The notes under the pieces: model-generated | Told to the model about the DNA's origin: nothing | What the model saw: only the letters and a program-made list of their open reading frames with translations | The model's database searches: none | Translations under genes and position numbers: made by a program | Assembly: GCA_003135435.1 (NCBI GenBank) | Contig: PLBR01000102.1 | Span: 13,303-73,944, forward strand | Length of the DNA: 60,642 nt | Direction of reading: 5' to 3' | DNA from: Nitrospira sp. | GTDB lineage: Bacteria; Nitrospirota; Nitrospiria; Nitrospirales; Nitrospiraceae | Shown: positions 27,027 to 35,882 of the stretch, one piece after another | Numbering within the stretch: position 1 is the first letter of the stretch | Layout: each line of letters starts with the position of its first letter

Positions 27027-28766
27027 ATGCAAGACACTGTCGTCCGGCCAAGATATTGCTCCGTCGCCATGCTCCTTGCGGTGCCACTGGTATTGACGTT
27101 CACGATGGGTCCCTGCGCGTTCGCGGAGGAGCCACCGCTACGTTCAGAGGAGCAAGTCGCCGAACATGCAAAAGCTGTGTGGGAAAGTGGTGCGATCAAC
27201 CCTGCGATCGAGATCCTGGACCAAGGGATTCAAGACCATCCTCACGCACTCACACTCCACAAATTACGCGGCGATATTCTCGCCACATCCCGAGGCCCCC
27301 AAGAAGCGGTTGAGGCCTATGAGACGGTCCTCGCCAGGACACCAACCGCGTTGGATGTCCGATGGGCCAAGTGGAGTGTGTTGACTCGGTCGGGACAGGG
27401 AGAGGAATCCATCGCAGAGTTAGGACGCATCGCACGAATCGACGTTCAGAATCCCTTGGTCCATCTGCGGCTGGCGCAGGAACTCCGAAAATTCGATCGC
27501 CTTGAGGAATCGCTCGAATCGTATAAGAAGGCCGTGGGACTCGTGCCGAATTTGCTCGGCTGGCGATTAACATTGGCCCGGGCGCGGTTTGACGTCCTGG
27601 ACTATCAAGGCGCGGATGCTGACGTGCAATACGTATTACACAAGGTGCCACCTGGTTCTCCGCTGGAGCTCCCGGCCAAGAGTCTGCTCTCACAAATCAA
27701 TGGAACCTCCATCGATCGGGGCCGGCGCTTTGACCCCGTTCTGACCAAAGACATGACCGGCGCACAGCGCAAGGAATGGGCCTCCATTCGCGCAGACGCA
27801 TGGAGACTCTTCTCGATGGGTCGATATCAGGAGGCCGAGCCGATCTATCGAAGACTGCTGGCCCTCAATCCCAATGATCCCCTAGCCAATCATCAATTAG
27901 GGCTGACCCTCATGCAGCTTGGCCGGTGCAAGGACGCGCTGACCGTGTTTGGGAATATGTCCAACCTTGATCCCAGCGACGAAGATTATGCGGATACGGT
28001 CTTTCGGATGGGCCAATGTCTCGTGGAGTTCGAACAGTGGGAAGACGCGTTCGTCCATTTTCAAACCCTCTATGACGCGGCCGTCGAATTCGAAGAACAC
28101 AACAAGAATGTTACACTCCCACCGGACACCCGTCTGTTAGATAAAAAGAAAATCGCACGATGGCTAGAGAAGGTGCGGCCTCATGTTCCAGAATTGGCAA
28201 AGCTGAAAGCTGATGAGGCTGCGAACCGCGTCCCCTTCAGCGATCCTCCTCCTCCCACAGTCTCTCCGGAGGAAGAGCTGTATGCAAGAGCTACCGAACT
28301 GTTCAAACCGCAGAAACCATTGGACACGCGCGCGTCGCTCATGGGCAGAGACGCCGATTTCAGTTGGTTTCGATTTGTCATCCCGGCGAGCAAGGTCGTG
28401 CGGGATGATTTTCCCACCGGCGCCCACGAATTTATTCCCCTGAACCCGGGGGATAGCTTTCCCACCACACAACAAGAGATCTACCTGGTCTTTGGACTGG
28501 TGTCGGCCTCGTTTGATGCAGTGCCCCTCACAGGACGCTGTTTTCCGGAAACATCTGAGATGACCGGAGAGCAACACGCCGTCGCACAGGACCGAGTCAT
28601 GACGACCATGAATGACCAGTCCGGCTATTTCATGTTAATCCCTCCAAAAACTGGATGGACAACGGGCCTCTACCACTGTGGGTTGTTCGCGGGAGAGCAA
28701 ACGTCCGCAGATACCCTTGTCGACGAAGTCAGGTTCCGTATCATTGCGCCAACCCGGTCCTCGTAA
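27027..28766 (+). CDS. secreted TPR-repeat protein
   Basis: First ATG at 27027; the track start is TTG 27015. Signal peptide, then several TPR-like repeats (A...Y...L...P....). The C-terminal ~170 aa are non-TPR. Confidence 0.7.
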   Translation: MQDTVVRPRYCSVAMLLAVPLVLTFTMGPCAFAEEPPLRSEEQVAEHAKAVWESGAINPAIEILDQGIQDHPHALTLHKLRGDILATSRGPQEAVEAYETVLARTPTALDVRWAKWSVLTRSGQGEESIAELGRIARIDVQNPLVHLRLAQELRKFDRLEESLESYKKAVGLVPNLLGWRLTLARARFDVLDYQGADADVQYVLHKVPPGSPLELPAKSLLSQINGTSIDRGRRFDPVLTKDMTGAQRKEWASIRADAWRLFSMGRYQEAEPIYRRLLALNPNDPLANHQLGLTLMQLGRCKDALTVFGNMSNLDPSDEDYADTVFRMGQCLVEFEQWEDAFVHFQTLYDAAVEFEEHNKNVTLPPDTRLLDKKKIARWLEKVRPHVPELAKLKADEAANRVPFSDPPPPTVSPEEELYARATELFKPQKPLDTRASLMGRDADFSWFRFVIPASKVVRDDFPTGAHEFIPLNPGDSFPTTQQEIYLVFGLVSASFDAVPLTGRCFPETSEMTGEQHAVAQDRVMTTMNDQSGYFMLIPPKTGWTTGLYHCGLFAGEQTSADTLVDEVRFRIIAPTRSS

Positions 28767-28795
28767 GACACGCGACATAAATGAGCACGTATCTC

Positions 28796-28838
28796 GTGAA
28801 GCGTTCGGGCTTTCAGCGAGACACGAATGACGCTTCAC
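28796..28838. repeat. hairpin repeat, family 3 (GTGAAGCGT...ACGCTTCAC)
   Basis: GTGAAGCGTTCGGGCTTTCAGCGAGACACGAATGACGCTTCAC, nearly identical to 33929..33972. Lies just downstream of a stop codon. Confidence 0.5.
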
Positions 28839-29035
28839 GATCGACAAGGACCCGACGCGGTGGCGGCTGATGGAGCTGAGACATCAGTAAAGGAGAATGT
28901 CTCCTTTTATCCCCACCATGCGCGGCCTGGCCTTCCTTTTCACACATGCCATATATAGCAATTCTCTTTCGAGGGGCCCAGTCATGTCCTACACTGGCCG
29001 TGCAAGAAGGACTTCGTGTCATCACAGGAAGACAG

Positions 29036-30094
29036 ATGATGAGCCAAAGAACGCAAGCTGATTCTGTACAGGTGTTCGTGGCTTGCGCCTTGAGCCTCTG
29101 GTCCTTCGTGCAGGCAGAGCCCACTGGCATCTCACAGGCTGCTATTGGAAAGGACGAACCTCCGACATTTGTGACGTGGCCCGAGAAGGGCTTGGGACTT
29201 TCGATCGACTTAACCGGTTTCAAGAAAGACATCGACCAGGTAAAACCGGACGGTCGCCGCTATCTCACGGCCTCACATCCCAAGACGGGACTCAACGTGG
29301 CGATCACCCTTGAGAAAGTCCCAACCCAGGCTTCAGCACAAGGATGCAGGGAACAGCTCCAACTAATACAGAAAGGCCCGTTAGTCACCCATGGGCAAGA
29401 CATCAAACTCAACGCTGCCGGCAACATACCGACTCTTGAATATATCTTGCGCAAGTTCCGGGGAGTCCGGCTCGATCAAAAGAATATGTATGCCTGCATC
29501 GCACAAGACAACGTCTACGCCGACGTCCATTTTTCGAAAATGCAATACACTACAGACGATGCGCCGCTCTTTCAATCGATTCTCAAAACCATTCGCTTGC
29601 AGCCCAGCCCCTCAGAGCCCATACAGACCCAGACGCCAGAACCGCCCAACAGCAGGCAATTACTCAATGCAGGAAACGCGCTCTACCTGCAAAACAAGTA
29701 CGCCCAGGCTATTCCACCCTATCAAAAAGCGTTCGATCTTGAAAAAGCGGAACCGCAACTCGACAGGACTCTTTGGCGCGTCCTGATCGACAATTTAGGG
29801 ATGGCCTATAAGATGACCGGTCAACTCACTAAATCAAGGGCCACATTTGAACAGGGAATACAGGCCGATCCCACTTACCCGATATTCCATTACAATTTGG
29901 CTTGCACGTTTGCAGAAATGAACGACCTCGATCATGCGATGCAGTCCCTCAAGACAGCATTTCGCCATCGCAAGAATCACAATACAAACGACAAGGGAAT
30001 CCCCGATCCACGCCAGGACTCGTCCTTTCAACGCTTCATGAAAATCGAAACCTTCCGTAACTTGGCCAACGACCTGACCGCCACAAAAAGCTAG
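29036..30094 (+). CDS. secreted protein with C-terminal TPR repeats
   Basis: ATG 29036 after AGGAAG. Signal peptide VFVACALSLWSFVQA. C-terminal TPR-like NAGNALYLQNKYAQAIPPYQKAF. The stop TAG lies within the CTAGCCC repeat end. Confidence 0.65.
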   Translation: MMSQRTQADSVQVFVACALSLWSFVQAEPTGISQAAIGKDEPPTFVTWPEKGLGLSIDLTGFKKDIDQVKPDGRRYLTASHPKTGLNVAITLEKVPTQASAQGCREQLQLIQKGPLVTHGQDIKLNAAGNIPTLEYILRKFRGVRLDQKNMYACIAQDNVYADVHFSKMQYTTDDAPLFQSILKTIRLQPSPSEPIQTQTPEPPNSRQLLNAGNALYLQNKYAQAIPPYQKAFDLEKAEPQLDRTLWRVLIDNLGMAYKMTGQLTKSRATFEQGIQADPTYPIFHYNLACTFAEMNDLDHAMQSLKTAFRHRKNHNTNDKGIPDPRQDSSFQRFMKIETFRNLANDLTATKS

Positions 30095-30433
30095 CCCACA
30101 CTATTCATGACGGTTCATCGCGGAATCGCCCGAAAGCGTGTTCCTCATGAAGCGTATCTCGTTGGGGATAAGAGCGTATGGCTAATGGCTGCCGGCAGGA
30201 GAGAAGCGCATACGGCCGATAGCTGATGGCTTATGGCCTGTTGGAAAAAACAGGACTTTATGTGTTCGTGCTACCAGCCATAAGCTATTCGCGATCAGCT
30301 TTTGCCTCCTTCTACCTGCTATCGGCCATTAGCCATACGCCATATGCTCTTCGTTTTCGGGACACGGTGGACGGCTGGCAAGGCTTTCCTCTCGTGAAAT
30401 GTGAAATGTGAGACGTGAATCGTTTGGGCATTC
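30091..30433. mobile_element. MITE-like element, family 2 (CTAGCCCRCAYTATTCAYGA ends), degenerate right end
   Basis: Left end CTAGCCCACACTATTCATGACGGTTCATCGCGGAATCG matches 33987 and 35110. The putative right end ACGTGAATCGTTTGGGC is weak. Contains the palindromic element 30168..30352. Confidence 0.35.
30168..30352. repeat. ~185-bp imperfect palindrome built from GCTNATGGC units
   Basis: Left arm AAGAGCGTATGGCTAATGGC...GATAGCTGATGGCTTATGGC mirrors right arm GCCATAAGCTATTCGCGATCAGC...GGCCATTAGCCATACGCCATATGCTCTT. Centre CTGTTGGAAAAAACAGGAC. Confidence 0.5.
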
Positions 30434-30592
30434 AGTGAGAGACAAGATATGATTGAATGCGCTGGTGACTGAAAGCTGACGCTGAGTGCTTCTACCACGA
30501 GATACGAACGACACTTCACGAACGACGAGGACCGGACGCGGTGGGCAGCTGAGGCGTCATTCAGACAACAATAAGTCAATACTCATGTCTGA

Positions 30593-30814
30593 TCCCACTC
30601 CACGCTTCCGGACGGCCATGCGATCGATCGAGGACAGTGGAACGGCTTCACGATTGTGGGAGTCGAACCCGCAACCCAATGGAAGTTCGGCGACGCCTGG
30701 GTTGCTACGGCAGGCGTACTCTTCACCGTCGCAGGGCACAACGCGATCGACGCCATCTATCCAAACATCTCCCTCTACTGGTACTGGAACCAGAGCGGCA
30801 ACGTGATCTGCGCT
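30593..30814 (+). pseudogene. 3' fragment of a paralogue of the 7629..8693 beta-barrel gene
   Basis: Frame opens after TGA at 30590. DGHAIDRGQWNGFTIVGVEPATQWKFGDAWVATAGVLFTVAGHNAIDAIYPNISLYWYWNQSGNVI aligns with the last ~70 aa of 7629..8693 (DGHDINAGQRNGFTIIGVEPALQWNFSQNWLVAVGCLFTVAGQNATNSTYPNLSVFWMWDKSGKIV). No upstream part and no start. Confidence 0.55.
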
Positions 30815-30873
30815 AAGCCATCTGTCGCTACCGAACCCCTGGCGGTCCCTACGGTGCTGTGGTACCGTTGGCC

Positions 30874-32475
30874 ATGCATCGCACGTCCGTCGGCTGGATT
30901 GCCCGCCTCTCCATCGGCAAGAAGCTCGCGCTTTCATTCAGCCTTATCCTCATCCTGCTCATCGGGAGTCTCAGCGCGTCGTTCTTCTATCTCTCCCGTG
31001 TGAATAGGTATGTCGAACGCCATCAGCGGATCACCATTCCCAGCGTCGTCACGGCGTCGGAGATGCTCCGCAACCTTTCCGACATGCAGACCCACATGCA
31101 CCACCTCCTCGAACATCAAAACACTGCAGAGCAGACCATCAGCCTGAAGGCCATCGTGGACATCGAGCACCGAACACTCACGGCACTGGATACCTATCAA
31201 GCCTCCCACGCTATCCGTACGCATCCCGTTTTGTATGGCATGTTGCAACAGCACGGACGGGGCGACCTGGCCGATCAGGAAAGCCAAACGATCGTCGCCA
31301 TCGCCGATGGCATGAGTGCCTTACGCGCTCAGCGGGAAGGCCTCGCGGCTGCGACTCGCCAGCGCGCGAAGACTCTGATAGACACAGAACCGGTGTACGA
31401 ACAGACCGCGACCAAGACCGCAGATGCGATCGCCTCGCTCATCGAACTTCACCGCAAGATTGATGTGGAGATGAAGATTGAGGGAGATCGCCTTGTCGAG
31501 CAGGCACGGCTCATTGTCATTGCCGTCGTCGGCCTGCTCGGACTTCTAGTCGTGTCGATCTACCTCATGATGAAGCGGCTCGTGGCCGCACCGCTTCAGC
31601 GGCTTGCAGTCACGGCAGATCGCGTCGCCCACCATGACCTCACCGCCCAGTTTGAACCGTGGCCCACACGAGATGAGGTCGGTATCCTGGCAAATTCCCT
31701 GACGACCATGCTTGCAAATCTCCGCGAGCGAGGCACCGCCCTCATGCGCAAGACCAAAGAACTCGAAGCCTTCACCTATTCGATTGCCCACGATTTGAAA
31801 GGGCCCTTGCGGGAAATTGAAGGCTTCTCCTCGCTGCTTGAGAAGCAATTCGTGGACCAGGGCGGCCCTCACGTCACACACTATATCGACGTCATCAGGA
31901 AGTCCGCATTACGCCTCACGCATATGATCGACGCCCTCCTCAGGTATTCACGACTGGAACAGCAGGACCTCCCACGCACACGTTTCAACGTGTTAGAGAT
32001 GATCAGCGGCCTGCTCGTCGACCGGCAGAGCCAGCTCCCCGACATCGCACCTCAGATCACGGTCAATCTCCCCTTCGCCGATCTGTATGGCGAACCGGTC
32101 AGCATCCGTCAGGCCTTGGTCAATCTGCTCGATAATGCCCTCAAGTTCTCCCGCCATTCTCCAGCTCCGACTATCAGCATCGGGGGGCAGCAGGCACCGA
32201 CCGAACGTATACTCTGGATACAGGACAACGGCATCGGCTTCGACACCGACCAGAAGGAGAAACTCTTCGGTCTTTTCGAGCGGTTGCACAATGCCCGGGA
32301 GTACGAAGGCACCGGCGTAGGCCTGGCTATCGTGAAAATGGTCGCGGACAAACACGGGGGCCGCGTCTGGGCAGAATCGTCGCCCGGCAAAGGCAGCACG
32401 TTTTTTCTGGCGTTCCCGGATGGCCAAGAGACTGTCAGCCTTCAGCTCTCAGCTTCGGCCCTGAGACAAGACTGA
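30874..32475 (+). CDS. sensor histidine kinase (TM-sensor-TM-HAMP-HisKA-HATPase)
   Basis: ATG 30874. H-box FTYSIAHDLKGPLREI, N-box LVNLLDNALKFS, G-boxes DNGIGF and GTGVGLAIV. Confidence 0.85.
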   Translation: MHRTSVGWIARLSIGKKLALSFSLILILLIGSLSASFFYLSRVNRYVERHQRITIPSVVTASEMLRNLSDMQTHMHHLLEHQNTAEQTISLKAIVDIEHRTLTALDTYQASHAIRTHPVLYGMLQQHGRGDLADQESQTIVAIADGMSALRAQREGLAAATRQRAKTLIDTEPVYEQTATKTADAIASLIELHRKIDVEMKIEGDRLVEQARLIVIAVVGLLGLLVVSIYLMMKRLVAAPLQRLAVTADRVAHHDLTAQFEPWPTRDEVGILANSLTTMLANLRERGTALMRKTKELEAFTYSIAHDLKGPLREIEGFSSLLEKQFVDQGGPHVTHYIDVIRKSALRLTHMIDALLRYSRLEQQDLPRTRFNVLEMISGLLVDRQSQLPDIAPQITVNLPFADLYGEPVSIRQALVNLLDNALKFSRHSPAPTISIGGQQAPTERILWIQDNGIGFDTDQKEKLFGLFERLHNAREYEGTGVGLAIVKMVADKHGGRVWAESSPGKGSTFFLAFPDGQETVSLQLSASALRQD

Positions 32476-32514
32476 ACACTGTTAGCTGAAAGCTGATTAC
32501 TGAGAGCTAAACCT

Positions 32515-33858
32515 ATGCGCACACTCATCATCGATGACGAAGAATACGTTCGCTTGGTGCTGGAGCAGGCGCTCCTCGAGGAGGGCTGTGATGTGACCGC
32601 CGTCACGCATGGGGCGGCAGGCATCGAGGCGTTGCAGACCACCACCTTCGAATGCGTCATCACCGATCTCCGTATGCCGGGCCTCGACGGTCGAGCCGTC
32701 TTGAAGTGGGTCCGCGAGCATCAACCCGACGTGGATGTCCTCATGCTGACCGGCCATGGCGACGTCAAAGACGCGGTCGAGGCGATCAAGCAGGGGGCCT
32801 GGGATTTTTTGGTCAAGGATACGCCCTTCGACGCCGCAGCGGTCAAAGCCGCATTGGCCAGACTGAAGACCATGCGCGCCCTCCGCAAGGAGAACCTCGC
32901 GGCCCGGCATGGAGGCTTCACGCGCGATGTCATCATCGAAGGAGCAAGCCAGGCCTGGCAGAAGCTCAAGACCCAGATCGCGCAGGTCGCCCCATCCAAC
33001 GCACCAGTCCTCATTCAGGGAGAAACCGGCTCGGGCAAAGAAATCGCAGCGCGGCTGCTCCATGACCTCAGCCGGCGAGCCAGCGGACCGTTTCTCGCCG
33101 TGAACTGCGGAGCCGTGAGCCGCGAACTGTTGGAGAGCGAACTCTTCGGCCACGAAAAAGGCTCGTTTACCGGCGCGACCGCCGCGAAACCTGGACTCAT
33201 CGCCGCAGCCGAAGGGGGCACGCTGTTTCTGGATGAACTGGGCGAAATGCCGGGTCCGATGCAGGTGAGTCTGCTGCGCTTCCTGGATCGTGGCGAGTAC
33301 CGCCCCGTCGGCAGCACGCGGACGCTCCAGGCCAACGTCCGTGTTGTCGGAGCTACGAACCAGGACATCCAAGAACTCGTGCACCAAGGCCGCTTCCGGG
33401 ACGACCTGCTCTACCGCATCAACACCGTCACCCTGCGCGTACCTCCGCTCCGAGAGCGGAAGGAGGACCTTCCGAAACTTGCAGAACACATCCTCTCGAC
33501 CCTTCGCATCCCCGGAACCACGAAACGAACCATCTCACCTGAAGCCGTGCAGGCGCTTACCGCCCACAGTTGGCCCGGCAACGTGCGTGAACTGCGCAAT
33601 GTTCTTGAGGGAATTGTGCTGATGAGCCATGAAGCGGGCCCGATCAGTCGAGAAGAGGTCCTCGCGCTGTTACCGAAAACCCGAAGCTCGTTTCAGACGG
33701 GAGATCACACGCACCTGTCCCTGGAAGAGATCGAACGGCTCCACATCCAGCGCGTCCTCGACGCCAGCGGCGGCAACAAGACCCACGCAGCGAAAACGCT
33801 CGACATCGACTACAAAACGCTCCTCTCGAAGCTGAAGAAATACGGGCTCGCCACATGA
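32515..33858 (+). CDS. sigma-54-dependent response regulator (NtrC family)
   Basis: Receiver (ITDLRMPGLDG), AAA+ domain with GETGSGKE, GSFTGA (GAFTGA-type) and ELGEMP, and a C-terminal Fis-type HTH (GNKTHAAKTLDIDYKTL). Confidence 0.9.
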   Translation: MRTLIIDDEEYVRLVLEQALLEEGCDVTAVTHGAAGIEALQTTTFECVITDLRMPGLDGRAVLKWVREHQPDVDVLMLTGHGDVKDAVEAIKQGAWDFLVKDTPFDAAAVKAALARLKTMRALRKENLAARHGGFTRDVIIEGASQAWQKLKTQIAQVAPSNAPVLIQGETGSGKEIAARLLHDLSRRASGPFLAVNCGAVSRELLESELFGHEKGSFTGATAAKPGLIAAAEGGTLFLDELGEMPGPMQVSLLRFLDRGEYRPVGSTRTLQANVRVVGATNQDIQELVHQGRFRDDLLYRINTVTLRVPPLRERKEDLPKLAEHILSTLRIPGTTKRTISPEAVQALTAHSWPGNVRELRNVLEGIVLMSHEAGPISREEVLALLPKTRSSFQTGDHTHLSLEEIERLHIQRVLDASGGNKTHAAKTLDIDYKTLLSKLKKYGLAT

Positions 33859-33928
33859 CCGAGGCCGGTCAGCGTTCCGGACCCCACGCAGCGCGAGCAC
33901 GTGCCTCGTGAGACGTAAAAGGTAAAAC

Positions 33929-33972
33929 GTGAAACGTCTCGGGCTTTCAGCGAGAGACGACCGACGCTTCAC
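33929..33972. repeat. hairpin repeat, family 3
   Basis: GTGAAACGTCTCGGGCTTTCAGCGAGAGACGACCGACGCTTCAC. Looser relatives near 26870-26950, 30395-30560 and 39960-40015. Confidence 0.5.
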
Positions 33973-33986
33973 GCACGACCTAACGC

Positions 33987-34305
33987 CTAGCCCGCATTAT
34001 TCACGAGGGTTCGTGACGAAACCGCCAAGACGCCAAGCGAAACGGACGCGCGGAGCCGTGAGGCGGGGTAACACCCCGCCTGGGAGTTCCGAAGGGGGTG
34101 TGCCCCCTTCGTGGGGATTCTACAAGGGGGCCGGCCCTCTTGTAAGAGTGGGCGAGGCAAGTTTCAGGGCGAGCCTATGAGGGAGGGAGGCATACTTGAA
34201 ACAGTATGTTGACCGACCGAGCGGCGAGCCCGCCCGCCGTCAGGCTTGTCGCAGCGGCGTATCGGCGGTTGCAGTAGAAGCCTTCGTGAATAATTCGGGT
34301 GTTAG
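33987..34305. mobile_element. MITE-like element, family 2
   Basis: Inverted ends of about 40 bp: CTAGCCCGCATTATTCACGAGGGTTCGTGACGAAACCGCC versus the reverse complement of the right end, CCTAACACCCGAATTATTCACGAAGGCTTCTACTGCAACCGCC. No ORF. Confidence 0.55.
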
Positions 34306-34874
34306 GCAAAGAATCGCCGGACCTCTTCTGGTGGCACGCAGCCGACGAGAAGATCACCCTCCGGCGAGACAATAAGGGGAACCCCGGCCTGGCCTGTTGC
34401 GTGCCAGGCCGCCTCCCATTCTTGAACCGCTCGGCGACTCTCGTCATTGATCGTACCCATACTCTCCGGCGAGCCTCCTCCCTGCTCGACCAGTTGCCTG
34501 AGCACCGCCGGATCAGAAATGTCCCTGCCTTCACACCAGAAGGCCCGATAGGTCTCACGCACAAACGCCATCCCATGTGATCGATCTCGCCGTAGGAGTG
34601 CCACCGCCTGTTCGATCGCCGGTCTCGTATTGGGCTTACCAGGAGGGAGCGCAATGGGCAGACCTGGCGCCAGCCGCTGCACGAACGTTACTTCATGGCG
34701 CAGCTCAGCGCCCAACGAACCCTGCCAAGGTTTCATTGGACGAGGTAATTGCGGCGCATGTTGCACGCCACGCCATTCGCAGCGATCGATGAACTGCAGA
34801 TCATGGAGCCGTTCGTGCAGGGCATAGCAGAACGGACAATTGAAATCGCTATAGAGGGTGTAGGGAGACGTCAT
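34302..34874 (-). CDS. DsbA-family thioredoxin-fold oxidoreductase
   Basis: N-terminal LYSDFNCPFCYALHE (CPFC active site). Length and pattern match DsbA/FrnE-like proteins. The stop TAA lies inside the repeat end. Confidence 0.7.
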   Translation of the reverse strand: MTSPYTLYSDFNCPFCYALHERLHDLQFIDRCEWRGVQHAPQLPRPMKPWQGSLGAELRHEVTFVQRLAPGLPIALPPGKPNTRPAIEQAVALLRRDRSHGMAFVRETYRAFWCEGRDISDPAVLRQLVEQGGGSPESMGTINDESRRAVQEWEAAWHATGQAGVPLIVSPEGDLLVGCVPPEEVRRFFA

Positions 34875-34877
34875 GCT

Positions 34878-35068
34878 CTAGTCCGGACTATTCATGCATA
34901 CCTGTTACATCGTCCGACCCTCTCGCCCGGCGGGGCTTTTCTCGTTCGGCCTCCTCGACGGACTGCACGTACGCCTAGGTCGGCCTTACTTTCGAGAAGC
35001 CCGGCGTGCTTCGGTCTCGAACGCCTCGCGAAGGCATTCAAGAATAATCCGGGTCAGGGACCACTCAG
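34878..35068. mobile_element. MITE-like element, family 2
   Basis: Left end CTAGTCCGGACTATTCATGCATACC. Right end GCATTCAAGAATAATCCGGGTCAGG, which is the inverted counterpart. Starts 4 nt upstream of the DsbA-like start codon. Confidence 0.5.
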
Positions 35069-35109
35069 ATCATCGTCAAATAGTAGCGCATGAAGCGCCA
35101 AGAATACCA

Positions 35110-35306
35110 CTAGCCCGCATTATTCATGACGGTTCGTCGCGAAATCGTTGAGCCGCGTCGCGAGACCGGCGCGCGGAGCCCCGAGGCCCCGATGCGTACT
35201 CGTGCAGCACGTTGAGGGTCCGAGGGACGAGCCCGCCGGCCGAAGGCCCGTCGTAGCAGCGGATCGGCGATTGGAGCAAAAGTGTTCATGAATCATGCGG
35301 GCTAAG
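35110..35306. mobile_element. MITE-like element, family 2
   Basis: CTAGCCCGCATTATTCATGACGGTTCGTCGCGAAATCG ... CAAAAGTGTTCATGAATCATGCGGGCTAAG form clear inverted ends. The right end contains the ribH stop. Confidence 0.55.
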
Positions 35307-35847
35307 CCTTGCGCTTTCGCGGCGCCCGCTTCTGGGCTCTCCGGACTCGCGGGGCTTCAGCGCTCGGCGGAGCTTCCTCACCCACCCGTAACAGACGCAT
35401 GACCGTCGCCATTTCGATCGCGGACCTGGCCGCTTCTCCACCACGATTGAACTTGATCGATTCAGCCCGCTCGATCGCCTGCGCGATCGTATGCGTCGTC
35501 AGCACGCCGAAGATGATCGGCACGTCGGCATCCAGGGCCGCCTGCCCAATCCCGCGGCTGGCCTCCGCACTGATGTAATCGAAATGTGGCGTGTCGCCAC
35601 GAATGACCGCGCCGAGACAAATCACCGCATTGAACTGCTTCGTCCGCGCCATCGTCCGTGCCACCAAGGGAATCTCGAACGCCCCTGGCACCCGTACCAC
35701 CTCGATGTCGTCGGCCTTAACCCCGTGTTTAGTCAGCCCCTCAACGCAGGAACTCAGCAGCTTAGTCGTGACGAACTTGTTGAACTTCGCGACGACAATC
35801 CCAAACCGCAACCCCGTCGCATCCTGAGACCCTTTTCGCAGCTTCAT
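35302..35847 (-). CDS. ribH: 6,7-dimethyl-8-ribityllumazine synthase with basic C-terminal extension
   Basis: RFGIVVAKFN.....LL..C...L..HGV.....EVVRVPGAFEIPL.A........F.AVICLGAVIRG.TPHFDY. Extra tail VGEEAPPSAEAPRVRRAQKRAPRKRKA. Confidence 0.9.
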   Translation of the reverse strand: MKLRKGSQDATGLRFGIVVAKFNKFVTTKLLSSCVEGLTKHGVKADDIEVVRVPGAFEIPLVARTMARTKQFNAVICLGAVIRGDTPHFDYISAEASRGIGQAALDADVPIIFGVLTTHTIAQAIERAESIKFNRGGEAARSAIEMATVMRLLRVGEEAPPSAEAPRVRRAQKRAPRKRKA

Positions 35848-35882
35848 GTACTAACAGTCACCTTCCACTCAGCCATTACGTT

